A stretch of 64,000 nt of DNA from an uncultured virus (IMG/VR IMGVR_UViG_3300032516_007629) (taxonomy: Duplodnaviria; Heunggongvirae; Uroviricota; Caudoviricetes): IMG/VR virus record IMGVR_UViG_3300032516_007629; one strand, given 5' to 3'. How positions within the stretch are numbered: position 1 is the first letter of the stretch; every line of letters begins with the position of its first letter. Position numbers and translations under genes: made by a program. Below the pieces are notes generated by a model that searched no databases, was not told where the DNA came from, and worked only from the letters and a program-made list of their open reading frames with translations. This document shows positions 8,203-19,167 of this stretch, in pieces.

Positions 8203-8748
8203 ATGGCTAAGACATCGCTTGATACTTTGAAATATTTCAAAGGAAATTACGAGCAGCAAGACAATTTTATTAAAAATTGTCTTGCATGGGTTTTTGAGCA
8301 GTACGAGACCCCGCTTGAGAAGTACTACCGCTTAGAGCTTCTCCATGCGGCTTATCGTGAGGGTGTTCTTAAAGGCTGGCTTGCTTGCTCTTACCCTGAG
8401 TTTGAGAAATGCATACTAGGTAGTGTAGTCATAGGACGGCGCTCCTATGACTACCCAAGGTGGTCTTATGTGTACTATCGGGATTATCCTGAGTACCGGG
8501 ACGGTCCCAAGTATAGGAAGAATAAAGATCATGCCCCTAAAGAGGAAAATCCTAAGGCTGCGTGGCGGGAGTATAAGAGGTTTAAAAGGGATAAGGTTAA
8601 ACATAGGCACTGGGGATCGGGTCGCCGCAATGTAGCTAAGAAGATACAAAACCGCAAAAGGCGGGGGTTAGAGCATATGTACTTCGCTAAAGGCGATTGG
8701 GATGCCTACCTGCCCGAAGTCAAAGCGGATCCTTGGATGTGGGACTGA
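8203..8748 (+). CDS. Hypothetical basic protein
   Basis: GGAGG SD, followed by the inverted repeat at 8759-8787. Confidence 0.6.
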   Translation: MAKTSLDTLKYFKGNYEQQDNFIKNCLAWVFEQYETPLEKYYRLELLHAAYREGVLKGWLACSYPEFEKCILGSVVIGRRSYDYPRWSYVYYRDYPEYRDGPKYRKNKDHAPKEENPKAAWREYKRFKRDKVKHRHWGSGRRNVAKKIQNRKRRGLEHMYFAKGDWDAYLPEVKADPWMWD

Positions 8749-8758
8749 GAGATATCAA

Positions 8759-8787
8759 GGCTTTCTTACCTAAGTGGTAAGAAAGCC
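8759..8787. terminator. Hairpin between convergent genes
   Basis: GGCTTTCTTACC-TAAGT-GGTAAGAAAGCC perfect 12-bp inverted repeat. Confidence 0.6.
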
Positions 8788-9621
8788 ATTCTAATAGCAC
8801 CCACTGCTCATGTACACTGAGCGAACCGTCTTTTGTTCTACAGATAGCGGGTGGAGCTTGATCATGTATAACGACTACAAGCATCTTATCTGTTATCTAG
8901 TAATTGTTTTTGCAATTTAATGATTTTACTTAAACGTCGATTAGACATGATAAGCAAACCGGCATAGAAGGCAAGCACGCCACTGATAAAAAAACTAATC
9001 CACTGCGCTAAGTTGTCTTCCATTTTTCCTCCGGTAAAACTCCCTTACCATCACAGGCACGGCAAGGATAATTTTTAGCACCTGTATCGGTCCAGGACAT
9101 CTGATCCCCCGCAACCCACGGCGGACGAGATACCGTCCCCGCTCCGTTGCACACAGGACACGCCGTCACTTGCGCGACCTCTTGGCTGTCTGCGGAAACC
9201 TACAGCGACGATCATTTTTTGGTGGCTTTGGAATCTTCATCTTTTTCTTCCTTGAGGGGGCGTCCACTAGAAACTGCTTAACCCACTCAGCATAATCAGG
9301 TCTTTTTGGACATTCCCAAATTTCTTTTTTAATTCTCACGCCGTCTGTGTACACAATTTCAGGTGTAACGTCAATACAAATCCTACCTACTGATATCATT
9401 GACTAATTAAGATAAAGTTAAGAAATAGCTAAACCAGCCTACACTTTCTGGAAACGAACAGCGTCTCAAGATTCACTGTATGAAAAACACCAGTTAAAAC
9501 CGCTTGCGTTTACAACGTCGGAAGCTTATCGTTTAAAAACTAAATTCTAGACTCCATTTCCAGAAGTACCGTATTTTTGCGGTGCTTTAGGGGTTTTTTT
9601 GTCTGAAAAGGGAGAAACCTT

Positions 9622-12318
9622 TTGTTCGTAATAAAGCGCAATGGTCAATCTGAGGCTGTTCAATTTGATAAAATTCTTTTCCGTATGCGTGCTGTGGCTG
9701 AGGGGTTACGTGTAGATTCCACCTTAGTTGCGCAGAAGGTTGTGTCTGGACTTTTTAATGGTATCCAGACGACGGAAATTGATTCTTTGATTGCCGAGAC
9801 GGCGGCGGTGATGGCTACGGAGCACCCTGATTATTCTCGTTTGGCGTCTCGTGTGGCTATTTCTAATTTACATAAAGCGACGAAAAGCTTTTACCAGACG
9901 ATGAAGGATCTTTTCAAAGCTGGTATATTGTCTAGTGACTTTATAAAGCTAGTAAAGTTGCACGGCAAGCAGTTAGAAAAGCTAATCGATTACAATCGGG
10001 ATTTTGAGTTAGATTTTTTCGGGTTTAAGACTTTAGAGAAGTCTTATCTTTTAAAGATACACGACAAGGTAGTGGAGCGTCCGCAGCATTTATTTATGCG
10101 TGTGGCGTTGCAGGTTTCGGGTGAGAGTTTTGAGGAGATTGTCGAGACGTATGACTTGATCTCCAAGGGGTTGTATACGCATGCCACTCCAACCCTGTTT
10201 AATTCAGGGTGTACAAGACCCCAGCTCGGAAGTTGTTTTTTAATGGAGATGCAAGACAGTGTGGATGGAATTTACGACGCACTTAAGGAGTGCGCCCAGA
10301 TCAGTAAGTATGCCGGTGGGATTGGGATCCACATCCACGACATTAGGGCGAAGGGTTCGCTGATTAAGGGTACTGGCGGTAAGTCTACGGGTCTTCTGCC
10401 TACTTTGAAGCCTTTAGATGCAACGGCTCGTTTTATCAATCAGGGTGGCAAACGTAACGGTTCCATTGCGGTTTACCTAGAGCCTTGGCATGCGGATATC
10501 GAAGAGTTCATAGGTCTTCGCAAGAATACGGGTATGGATAATCAGCGGTGCAGGGATTTGTTTTTAGCCCTTTGGATCAATGATTTATTCATGCAGAGGG
10601 TGGAAGAGGACGGCATCTGGTCGCTTATGTCCCCCGATGAATGTCCGGGTTTGCCAGATGTTTACGATGCAGAATTTGCCGAGTTATACACCTCCTATGA
10701 GGAGCAGGGTAAGTATCGTAAGCAGATCAAAGCTAGAGAGTTGATGACCAAGTTTGTCGAGACGATGATTGAGTGTGGAGTCCCTTACTTCTTATTTAAA
10801 GATGCTGCTAATAGGAAGTCTAACCAGAAGAATATAGGTATTATTAAAAGTTCTAACCTTTGCTTAAGTGGCGATACATTAGTCCTCACTAAGACCGGAG
10901 CCGAACCTATTGCCGACTTAGTTGGTAAAGAGGTAGAAATTTTTGATGGTGAGCAATGGGTATTGAATAAGTCTTTTAGAAAGACAGCCGAAAATGCTCA
11001 AGTGTTTAGAGTGACCTTTGCAGATAACTCCTCGGTAATTTGCACCCCATCACATAAATGGGTCCTGGATACGGGAGAGTTTATTGAAGCACACAGCCTC
11101 TCCGTAGGAGATGTCTTAAAAGTACACAATCAAGTCTATATTTATAGAACTACTCCTCGGTGTGCTGTAGTTAAAGGCATCGAAGAATTAGAAGAAGAGC
11201 AGGATGTCTACTGCACTACAGTAGATACTACTCATAAGTTTGCTTTAGCTAATGGCTTGATGACTGGTAATTGCACAGAGATTATGGAGGTTTCTACTCC
11301 TTATGAAACGGCGGTTTGTAATTTAGCTTCTCTATGTCTTCCTAAGTATGTGGAGGACGGGAAGTTTAACCACGCCAAACTGCATAAAGTGGTGAAGAGT
11401 GGGACTAAGAACTTGAATCATGTCATAGACAGAACTTTTTACCCTTTAAAGAAAACCAGTAAGAGTAATTTTGCTCACCGACCTATTGGGATTGGTGTGC
11501 AGGGTTTAGCGGATGTTTTCTTTTTACTAGACTTAGCTTTTGATTCTCCTGAAGCACGCACCTTAAATGCTCTTATATTTGAGACGATATACCATGCTGC
11601 GTTAGAGGCTTCTTGCGAGTTGTCAGAAAAATATGGATCTTACTCCACATTTGCAGGCAGCCCTGCTTCTCAGGGTATTCTCCAGTTTGATATGTGGAAT
11701 GTTACACCCACTCAATATGATTGGGATGGGTTAAAGGAACGTATCAAAAAGGGTGGTTTAAGAAATTCCTTATTAATTGCTCCTATGCCCACGGCATCTA
11801 CTGCGAGCGTGTTTGGTAATAATGAATGCTTTGAGGCGCAGACATCTAATGTGTATAAGCGGCAAGTATTAGCTGGAGAGTACGTCGTTATCAATAAACA
11901 CCTGATTAAGAAATTAGAAAAATTAGGCTTATGGGATAAGGAGATGCGCGATGAGATAATTTCTAGTAACGGTTCTATCCAGAATATTTCTAGCATTCCT
12001 GACGATGTAAAAAGTGTCTATAAAACTGTATGGGAAATATCCCAGAAGGTTGTCATTGATCTAGCTGCGGATCGCGGAGCATTCATTGACCAATCCCAGA
12101 GTATGAACTTATTCCTCTCTAGTCCAACCGTCGCACAACTCAATTCCGCTCTCTTCTATGGGTGGAAAAAAGGTCTCAAGACCGGCATGTATTATCTGCG
12201 AACCAACGCAGCTATGCAGGCGCAGAAGGTCACTACTAAAATATTAGATATGAATAATGAGGAGCAAATGTCTTGCTCTCTCGATAACCCACAAGATTGC
12301 ATTGCGTGTAGTTCTTAA
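9622..12318 (+). CDS. nrdA: Ribonucleoside-diphosphate reductase class Ia alpha subunit with ATP cone, intein-containing
   Basis: VIKRNG ATP cone, ATPTLFN, SCFL, SSNL[intein]CTEI, APMPTAST, LKTGMYYLR, C-terminal CIAC. Confidence 0.97.
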   Translation: MFVIKRNGQSEAVQFDKILFRMRAVAEGLRVDSTLVAQKVVSGLFNGIQTTEIDSLIAETAAVMATEHPDYSRLASRVAISNLHKATKSFYQTMKDLFKAGILSSDFIKLVKLHGKQLEKLIDYNRDFELDFFGFKTLEKSYLLKIHDKVVERPQHLFMRVALQVSGESFEEIVETYDLISKGLYTHATPTLFNSGCTRPQLGSCFLMEMQDSVDGIYDALKECAQISKYAGGIGIHIHDIRAKGSLIKGTGGKSTGLLPTLKPLDATARFINQGGKRNGSIAVYLEPWHADIEEFIGLRKNTGMDNQRCRDLFLALWINDLFMQRVEEDGIWSLMSPDECPGLPDVYDAEFAELYTSYEEQGKYRKQIKARELMTKFVETMIECGVPYFLFKDAANRKSNQKNIGIIKSSNLCLSGDTLVLTKTGAEPIADLVGKEVEIFDGEQWVLNKSFRKTAENAQVFRVTFADNSSVICTPSHKWVLDTGEFIEAHSLSVGDVLKVHNQVYIYRTTPRCAVVKGIEELEEEQDVYCTTVDTTHKFALANGLMTGNCTEIMEVSTPYETAVCNLASLCLPKYVEDGKFNHAKLHKVVKSGTKNLNHVIDRTFYPLKKTSKSNFAHRPIGIGVQGLADVFFLLDLAFDSPEARTLNALIFETIYHAALEASCELSEKYGSYSTFAGSPASQGILQFDMWNVTPTQYDWDGLKERIKKGGLRNSLLIAPMPTASTASVFGNNECFEAQTSNVYKRQVLAGEYVVINKHLIKKLEKLGLWDKEMRDEIISSNGSIQNISSIPDDVKSVYKTVWEISQKVVIDLAADRGAFIDQSQSMNLFLSSPTVAQLNSALFYGWKKGLKTGMYYLRTNAAMQAQKVTTKILDMNNEEQMSCSLDNPQDCIACSS
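10861..11271 (+). mobile_element. Mini-intein (137 aa) in nrdA at the catalytic NL/CTEI site
   Basis: Starts CLSGDT, block B CTPSHKW, block F DVYCTTVDTTHKF, ends TGN with +1 Cys. No endonuclease domain. Confidence 0.93.
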
Positions 12319-12336
12319 GAGTGTAGGAGAAATCAC

Positions 12337-13260
12337 ATGAACAAGTATTCCATCTTTCCCATTAATTACCCAGAATACTGGGAAGCTTATAAAAAACAGC
12401 AACACGCTTTTTGGACCGCCGAAGAGCTAGACTTTGCTATGGATCTAAACGACTGGTTTACTAAACTTACGGACGATGAAAGGCACTACATAACATATGT
12501 ACTAGCTTTCTTTGCTCAATCCGATGGTATAGTAAACGAAAATCTAGCAGTACGCTTTTACTCTGAGACTTCTATTCCTGAAGTAAGAGCTTTTTATACC
12601 GCCCAGATGTTCATAGAAACAGTTCATGCAGAAGTGTACGGGCTGCTCATAGAGACGTATATTAAAGATAACGTAGAAAAAGCCAAATTGTTCGATGCCA
12701 TTAACCATATTCCGGTTATAGCAAAAAAAGCTGAGTGGGCACTAAAATGGTTAAACAGTGATAAGAGCGAAGCGCACAGATTAGTCGCATTTGCTATCGT
12801 GGAAGGTCTATTCTTCAGCGGCTCTTTCTGCTCAATCTTCTGGTTAAGAAAAAGAGGTTTAATGAAAGGTCTAGCTACCGCCAATGAACTCATTGCTAGG
12901 GATGAAGGTCTACATGCAGAATTCCCCGCCATGAGGTTTAAAACCGAAAACTTCTATATAAGCGAAGCGGATTTTCGTGAAATTATTATGGAAGCCGTAG
13001 AGATCGAAAAAGAATTCGTAAGAGATGCCCTGCCGGTAAGACTTATCGGTATGAATGAGAAACTCATGTGCGAGTATATCGAATATACAGCCGATAGACT
13101 GTCTCGGAGATTTAACTTCTCCAAGGTATACAATACGGAAAATCCATTCGATTTCATGAATATGATCGACATCGATACGAAAACCAACTTCTTTGAAAGC
13201 AGAGTTACCGCCTATAAGAAACCAGCTAATACCACATTAGCCTTCGGTGCCGATTTCTAA
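12337..13260 (+). CDS. nrdB: Ribonucleoside-diphosphate reductase class Ia beta subunit
   Basis: FWTAEE, FFAQSDGIVNENL, ETVHAEVY, EGLFFSGSF, RDEGLH, KTNFFE. Confidence 0.97.
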   Translation: MNKYSIFPINYPEYWEAYKKQQHAFWTAEELDFAMDLNDWFTKLTDDERHYITYVLAFFAQSDGIVNENLAVRFYSETSIPEVRAFYTAQMFIETVHAEVYGLLIETYIKDNVEKAKLFDAINHIPVIAKKAEWALKWLNSDKSEAHRLVAFAIVEGLFFSGSFCSIFWLRKRGLMKGLATANELIARDEGLHAEFPAMRFKTENFYISEADFREIIMEAVEIEKEFVRDALPVRLIGMNEKLMCEYIEYTADRLSRRFNFSKVYNTENPFDFMNMIDIDTKTNFFESRVTAYKKPANTTLAFGADF

Positions 13261-13375
13261 GATTAAATAAATACCCCCTTCCTTTTCCCCCGGCGACCAG
13301 CCGGGGACCTCGGCTCCTGTCCCGATGGGGTATTACGTGTAATTAAAATACACACGAAAAATTTAGAGGTGACAA

Positions 13376-13870
13376 ATGCAGAAGCTTGCCAAAGCCATTC
13401 TCATTATCCAGTTTTTTTCTGGAATTACTGCATTTGCTTCACCTAAAAGTACCGTCACCGTAGACGAGATTTATCACTACGCAGATAAGGATCTGGATTT
13501 CCAAGATCCTAAACTACTAGCGTCTATCGCCAAAATAGAAAGTAACTACCACTTCAGAGCCGTTAATATCTATAAAGGCACCATCTACTATGGATTGATG
13601 CAGATATCCTACCAGACAGCTAGAGCCGTTGGATTTAAAGGACACCCTAAAGACTTGATGAATTGGAAAATAAATCTAAAATATGCAGCAAAATACCTAG
13701 AACTACTCATCCCGAAACACATAACCCTGCGCAGGGTTATAGCGTCCTATAACGCCGGGACCGTTTACCTGTGCCGTAAACGATGCCCACCTGGGCAATT
13801 CGTAAATGAAGGTTACGTCACCTCAGTAATGGAGGTATACACAAGTCTGAAAAATGTAGCAACCGAATAA
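13376..13870 (+). CDS. Soluble lytic transglycosylase (SLT) with N-terminal signal/SAR segment
   Basis: IAKIES catalytic Glu, GLMQI, ASYNAG. Confidence 0.9.
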   Translation: MQKLAKAILIIQFFSGITAFASPKSTVTVDEIYHYADKDLDFQDPKLLASIAKIESNYHFRAVNIYKGTIYYGLMQISYQTARAVGFKGHPKDLMNWKINLKYAAKYLELLIPKHITLRRVIASYNAGTVYLCRKRCPPGQFVNEGYVTSVMEVYTSLKNVATE

Positions 13871-13918
13871 ACCCTCTGGTAATATGGAACCATACACCAC
13901 ATTACCAGAGGCACCACC

Positions 13919-14287
13919 TTGGACATTTTCAATCCTACGCAAAAAATTACTGCCAAGCTTTTCTACAATCTTATCGCACAGTTAGAAGGAGATGAGCGGC
14001 TCGGCGCGTTGAAAGCGCTTTCTGTTTTAGTGCCTATCACGGAAGATGGGTTCATGACTGCCAACGGGGCATCTCCTAGATCAGATTTTTTTGTGCAATG
14101 TTTTGACGGGATACTTGGTGTTTCTTTAGCTTTAAAGATGCTTGAGGATGATGGTTTGGTACCTAAGACGATGGGTCAGATCCATCAGAAAAAGGCGGTC
14201 AAGCGTTTAACGGAAGCGGATGCGGCATTAAATCGCATTGAGAGCATGCTTGCTTTAGCTCCAAGTGCTAATGGACTGAGTAACTAG
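13919..14287 (+). CDS. Hypothetical protein
   Basis: ORF whose GAGG SD sits inside a hairpin. Confidence 0.55.
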   Translation: MDIFNPTQKITAKLFYNLIAQLEGDERLGALKALSVLVPITEDGFMTANGASPRSDFFVQCFDGILGVSLALKMLEDDGLVPKTMGQIHQKKAVKRLTEADAALNRIESMLALAPSANGLSN

Positions 14288-15206
14288 ATTAAACCCACAT
14301 GCAATTTAGAATTTTAATTTTAAAAGATCCGCATGCAGAGGCTAGGGGATTTAGTCTTAAAGGCATTAAGGTTCCGCTTAGGGATTGGTGTCCAAGAGAT
14401 TGGACGGAAGATGTCTCCACGTTTAACGGGAAGCGTTTACTCAAAGGTCCCTACCTAGAGTTTTGGCGCTTATCTTGTGATGATTTGATCCGTGCGCGTC
14501 CGCAGCTTGAGAAGTGGCTTAAGGGCGCAGACCATCTACTTGTACCTACGGAACACTGCGATGTAGCGCCGATTGAGCGCATGGAAGAGGCATGGGGGAA
14601 ATAGGTTGCGCAGAAAAATAACGTGCGATTTAAATTTCCAGGTAATAGTGGTAGAAAGGAAAAAATTCCATGCACAGATCCACTACGTAACGGAGAATAT
14701 GCGTATCACAGCGGACAGGAGTTTTGAAGCGCAAGCCGGGGAAGAACGTGGCTTGTACCTTGAGACCGGCGAGTACGACACTCACGAGTTAGCGCGTGCG
14801 GCAGGTAAAAAGATTGCCGTAGAATTAGCCGAAGGTTTTCGAGAAGGTTTCGCCGCACTTGCCGCAAAATATAAAGCGGAAGAGGATGCTATCATAATCC
14901 ATTAGGATCGACAGCCGCAGCCGCAATCCCCTCCACGACACCTCTCATGATAACCAAGGTCGCATTGACTACACTGATCCCCTTCAAGTTTGAATCTCCA
15001 AACTAGCCACCCACGTTCGTCACGCTCGACATCGGATGCGGTCACATCAATTCCTAGAGGACTCACGGATGTGCCGACTGCTCGGTTGAGATCACGCATC
15101 AGGACCTCGGCGAAAAGTTTAGTTGGATAACGTTTAGCTTCGTCGCGGTTCTCAGTGAATCGCGGCGGGTAAGATGCTTTCCACCATTCGCGCTTCATAT
15201 CCTCTC

Positions 15207-15503
15207 CTAAGAATTTGCAAATTTTTCTATCTCCGCTTTAGCTTCGACGGTAGAGGCTACGCGCCCGTTGACGTATACCACATTGCTGCCGATGCAGTCA
15301 GCACCTAGCCACGCACACCAATGCGTCCAATCCGGGTCAATGAAGTTAGACAAGAATACCTGCGGTAGCTGCCAAAACATCGGATGGTAGCGCCCAGCAA
15401 ACTCGCCTGAACCTTGCTTGTGAAAACGTAGCTCAACGACAGATACCCCGCCATCGACTACAACCTCCTCGTCCCACACAATTTCGCCGTCTTTTTTAAG
15501 CAT
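15207..15503 (-). CDS. Hypothetical protein behind a sigma28-type promoter
   Basis: Strong GGAGGAGG SD, followed by the ORF at 14902..15198. Confidence 0.6.
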   Translation of the reverse strand: MLKKDGEIVWDEEVVVDGGVSVVELRFHKQGSGEFAGRYHPMFWQLPQVFLSNFIDPDWTHWCAWLGADCIGSNVVYVNGRVASTVEAKAEIEKFANS

Positions 15504-15521
15504 AATTGCCTCCTCCCTATC

Positions 15522-15548
15522 CTATCGGCAATACTCTAGAAAACTTTA
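15522..15548 (-). promoter_or_regulatory. sigma28 (FliA/SigD)-type promoter
   Basis: TAAAGTTT-11 nt-GCCGATAG on the minus strand. Confidence 0.75.
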
Positions 15549-15602
15549 ACCCCTAAGATTTAACTTATGGACTTTACGTAGGTTTACTTTTAAAGGATCT
15601 AA

Positions 15603-16253
15603 ATGGCTAGTTTTATTAAGAAAATAGTTGAATATAATCAGCAAGTTACTGGAGGCGCGTTAGGTGGTATTCTTTTAGCTTGGGAGTTTGATCCTTCGCT
15701 TTTCCAGGAGGTTTTAAAGGCGAGTATAGCGGAGATGAAAAAAGCGGGGATCCCTTACGATTTACTTCAGGCTCGCAAGCCGGGAAGTCCAGAGCAGATG
15801 TTAGAGCAGGGATTTAATTTAAGCAGCCGTGCTACCGGGAATGATTGGAGTCATATCTCGATAGGTTTTATACCGAAGCTAAATAGTGAGGAGGTCCCTT
15901 CGATTTACAATACGGCAAAGAGCCATGTTCCTACTTATAAGTTATTAAAAATTTCTACTTTGGAGGCTCCTACTTCTGGATTAAATTATTTGGTTATTGA
16001 TTTAGATCTGCCATCTAGAGAGGTACAATTAAAAAAAGCGTTACGTAGTAGGTTTGATGATTTTGTAACTGGGGAAGATAGGGGTTATCCAGAGAGACCT
16101 CATGTTTCTATTCTAGGATTTAAGAAATCAGAGGATTCTAAAGTTAAAGCGTTGATCCCTGCTTTGAATAAAGTGATACAGGGTAAGACAGCTAAACCTG
16201 AAGCTTTGCAGTTCTGGCAAGCATTTCAAGTGTTGAAGCATCTAAAGGTTTAA
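15603..16253 (+). CDS. 2H phosphoesterase family protein
   Basis: Two HxS/T motifs (SHISIG, PHVSIL) about 80 aa apart. Confidence 0.75.
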   Translation: MASFIKKIVEYNQQVTGGALGGILLAWEFDPSLFQEVLKASIAEMKKAGIPYDLLQARKPGSPEQMLEQGFNLSSRATGNDWSHISIGFIPKLNSEEVPSIYNTAKSHVPTYKLLKISTLEAPTSGLNYLVIDLDLPSREVQLKKALRSRFDDFVTGEDRGYPERPHVSILGFKKSEDSKVKALIPALNKVIQGKTAKPEALQFWQAFQVLKHLKV

Positions 16254-16323
16254 CCAGCCCTTGCAGACAAGAGTAATTATTGCTATTATTTTTTTGATAT
16301 CAATTGGAAGAAAAGGGGTGAGT

Positions 16324-16898
16324 ATGTACCATAATAATTTAGGGCAATGGTCGGGATACACATTAGGGTCATTAAGAAGTAAGAGACTGCCTCAGTTTTT
16401 TGACTTGAAACGGTTTTCGACATTTGTTGAAACTGGAACCAGCCTAGGCTATGGGGTATAGATTGGGCATTAGACGTTGGTTTTAGCTCTGCTCATTCAA
16501 TAGAAGCTGCTTTAGGATGTTATAACCACTGCGTCAGCAAATTTAAAAACGATCCTAGGGTAGGTGTATATCATGGGCTGTCGTCGGAATGTTTGGAGCA
16601 GATTTTAAAAACGCTTCAAGGACCTCTGTTTATTTATCTTGATGCTCATTGGAGTGGGGGTAATACGAGTGCTGAGGATCCAATCCCCCTTATAAAAGAA
16701 ACAGAAGTGCTGTTGAAATATAAGGACATCAAAGACTGCCTCATTGTTATCGATGACGAGCGGTTAATGGTTGATCCTATAGACCCTCCAGCTTCGTGGG
16801 GAGCGAAGCTTAAAACAGACCTTCTAGATACTTGGCACGGTGCGGGGTTTACGAGCACATATTTAGATGACTCCATTATTTTTGATGTGGCTCCATGA
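16324..16898 (+). pseudogene. Frameshifted class I SAM methyltransferase-like gene
   Basis: FVETGTSLGYG in frame 1 continues as DWALDVGF...YLDAHWSGG...IVIDDER in another frame. Break at about 16453-16461. Confidence 0.75.
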
Positions 16899-16997
16899 AC
16901 CCTTATAAGAATTTGCCAGCACGAAGTTATTGGTCAAAATTCCACCAATGCATTTAAATTGAATAGAAGATGGGGAGCCGGATCTAAAGCGACAACT

Positions 16998-17736
16998 CTA
17001 AGACTCTAGATAAGTGAATCCCTCAGTTTGTGAATCTAAAGGGAGCCATCCTTCATTACTATTATGACCGAACCAATACTTCGGTGCTACAACCACTTTG
17101 GCGTTGTCACTAAGCCAAGCCGCCCACCAGCTAAAAGTGGAATTTGCTATAATTAAATATCTTGCTTTGTTAACAACAGTAAAACAGCTAAATACATCCA
17201 AACTTAATACAGTATAAGCTGGAAACCACGCTTTAGCTAAAGGCACATCGTCTGTAACTACGACAAACTTAACATTAGGTAACAAACTAGTTTTCAAAGA
17301 ATTTTTTAGGTAAAAAGAGACCTTTTCCAACATAATCACCTCCCCTAAAATTTATGACGCAAGTGTTATCATCTACACCAGAGGCTTCCAATAATGGGAC
17401 ATTATCAGGAACATTAAACCATGTTTTTATTTTACCGCGTGAATTCAGTAGATACTGCTCTGTTTGGAAGAACCCGACAAGTCTAGTGCCATCGGCAATT
17501 TTAAATAACTCGGGACTATATTTTTGACGATTGATGTCTCCACCATTAGCATCTATTTCACTGAAATTGCGATAGATCTGCTCTGTTGGTTCCCCTAAAT
17601 CGCAATTAAAGTAAGGTTGCCCCAAAAAATCCCTTGGGATATGAAAAGCATATCCTAAATGCTCGGCAACACTCCTACAAACAGCGTATTGCCATAGATG
17701 ATTTCCAAATCTTCCCTGAAGTAATACACTCAGCAT
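16998..17736 (-). pseudogene. Frameshifted GT11 (alpha-1,2-fucosyltransferase-like) gene
   Basis: GRFGNHLWQYA and NFRGGDY lie in one frame, VVTDD and IIANSTFSWWAAWL in another. Break at about 17290. Confidence 0.8.
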
Positions 17737-17782
17737 AGGATCCCCAACGCAAAATTTTTAGCAAAATCTAAATTACCATAGA

Positions 17783-18757
17783 TTAGCTTCTAATTCCATC
17801 CTTTAGTTTAAGAAAGGCTTCTAGCCTGCCTTGTTTTTCCATTTCAGCCACGGCATCTTTGAATTCTGGATTCTTATAATTCTTTACAGCGAGTTTCTTT
17901 AAAGGCTCGCTTTTAATTCTTGGATCGATACGTGCTTGCCATACACCTTCGTAGGCAAATTTCCACATATGGCTGAGTATTTCATTTTCGACAATCTGAT
18001 CTTTTTCGTCCTCGCTAAGGGTGTGAAAGTCCAGAGATAGGCGTTTTAAAAGGCGCTCACGTTGCTTTTCTGTTAATGCACCCCAACCTTGAAACCGAGA
18101 CATAAATTCAGTTTTATACCTGCTCCATCCATGCTTAGGACTGTCGGCTGGATACATTTTATATTTGCTAATTTCCTTTACGGCAGCTTGGTAGCGAGCA
18201 TTAACCTCAGGCTGATCTCGTAAATAGGCGTCTTCTCCACCCTCTTTAAATAGCTCTCTAGATCCTTTTTTAAGTGCATTACCCTTGCTAATGAAGTCAT
18301 CGTAGGCGTGGGTAAGTTCATGCATCAGCGTTTCGCTGTAATGGTTTAAGAACTCGTCTACGTCTTTACGTGTAACATTTTTATATTGTTTCTCGTCATC
18401 CCACTTGTCATGAAAAAAATCGGTATAGTCGGCATACACATAAAGATGTTTGTTATGCTTATTATACTCGCCAAGATTGGTATTGCCACTGCGTTGATGG
18501 AGGAAGGAAATATCCACACCGGAATTTTGCACGAAATTATCTAGAGGTCCCTTATACGGGACGACTTTTAAACCTATATCAAAAAAAGTTATGTGATCTT
18601 TTTTGGCTCCTGTATAGGAGCTTAGCCGATGTAGGTTTTGAATCCCTCTATCACCGAGCGCTTTCAAGATAGCATCGCTTAGCTTCTCTAGCTCGCGCTG
18701 CGTGTTGGGGGCGGATAGAATCCGGTATTTTCTAAGGATTTTAGCTTTTAAACTCAT
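17783..18757 (-). CDS. Zincin-like metallopeptidase (HExxH), putative virion-packaged protein
   Basis: LMHELTHAYD...YLRDQPEVNAR, N-terminal LKAKILRKYRILSA motif. Confidence 0.7.
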   Translation of the reverse strand: MSLKAKILRKYRILSAPNTQRELEKLSDAILKALGDRGIQNLHRLSSYTGAKKDHITFFDIGLKVVPYKGPLDNFVQNSGVDISFLHQRSGNTNLGEYNKHNKHLYVYADYTDFFHDKWDDEKQYKNVTRKDVDEFLNHYSETLMHELTHAYDDFISKGNALKKGSRELFKEGGEDAYLRDQPEVNARYQAAVKEISKYKMYPADSPKHGWSRYKTEFMSRFQGWGALTEKQRERLLKRLSLDFHTLSEDEKDQIVENEILSHMWKFAYEGVWQARIDPRIKSEPLKKLAVKNYKNPEFKDAVAEMEKQGRLEAFLKLKDGIRS

Positions 18758-19167
18758 GAAAATAATCTAACTTACACATTACAAATAGCCTCACACCTCA
18801 CGCAGAAAAATCCACCAGGACCAACTTCCATGTGCTTTTCAGCGGGTTCCCAGCGGTGGTAGCACTCCTGAAATGCTGACAGGGCTGTTTGTTTGACCGC
18901 GAAAGTACGTGACTTGTAACTTTCAAATGTCCTCAGCTAAAGCTTTTTGGGTTTGAACTAGGGTTTTTAAACAACTTTCCGCACTTAAAAGAAAATCCCG
19001 AGTTTCTTTGCTTTCAATAAAGCCGTAATCGACGAAGGTCGCACCCTCCCAGTCAAAACCCGCACCCTTTGAGAAGGCTGTAAACAGTGTTAGCTCCCCC
19101 TCATGTAACGTGTCAAGGTATAGAGCCATACTACCGTGCTCCACGACAAGGTAGTTGTATGGTATTG

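Noticed and set aside
9559..9600. Hairpin AAGTACCGTA-TTTT-TGCGGTGCTT upstream of nrdA as another attenuator or NrdR site
   Set aside because: No leader ORF with biased codons and no recognisable NrdR box. The U-tract is separated from the stem, so the function is unclear.
16459..17289. Stop-codon reassignment (TAG read-through), suggested by two genes broken at TAG
   Set aside because: In both genes the continuation is in a different frame and in-frame read-through hits another stop within 3-4 codons. Long genes have no internal TAG/TGA and no suppressor tRNA was seen.
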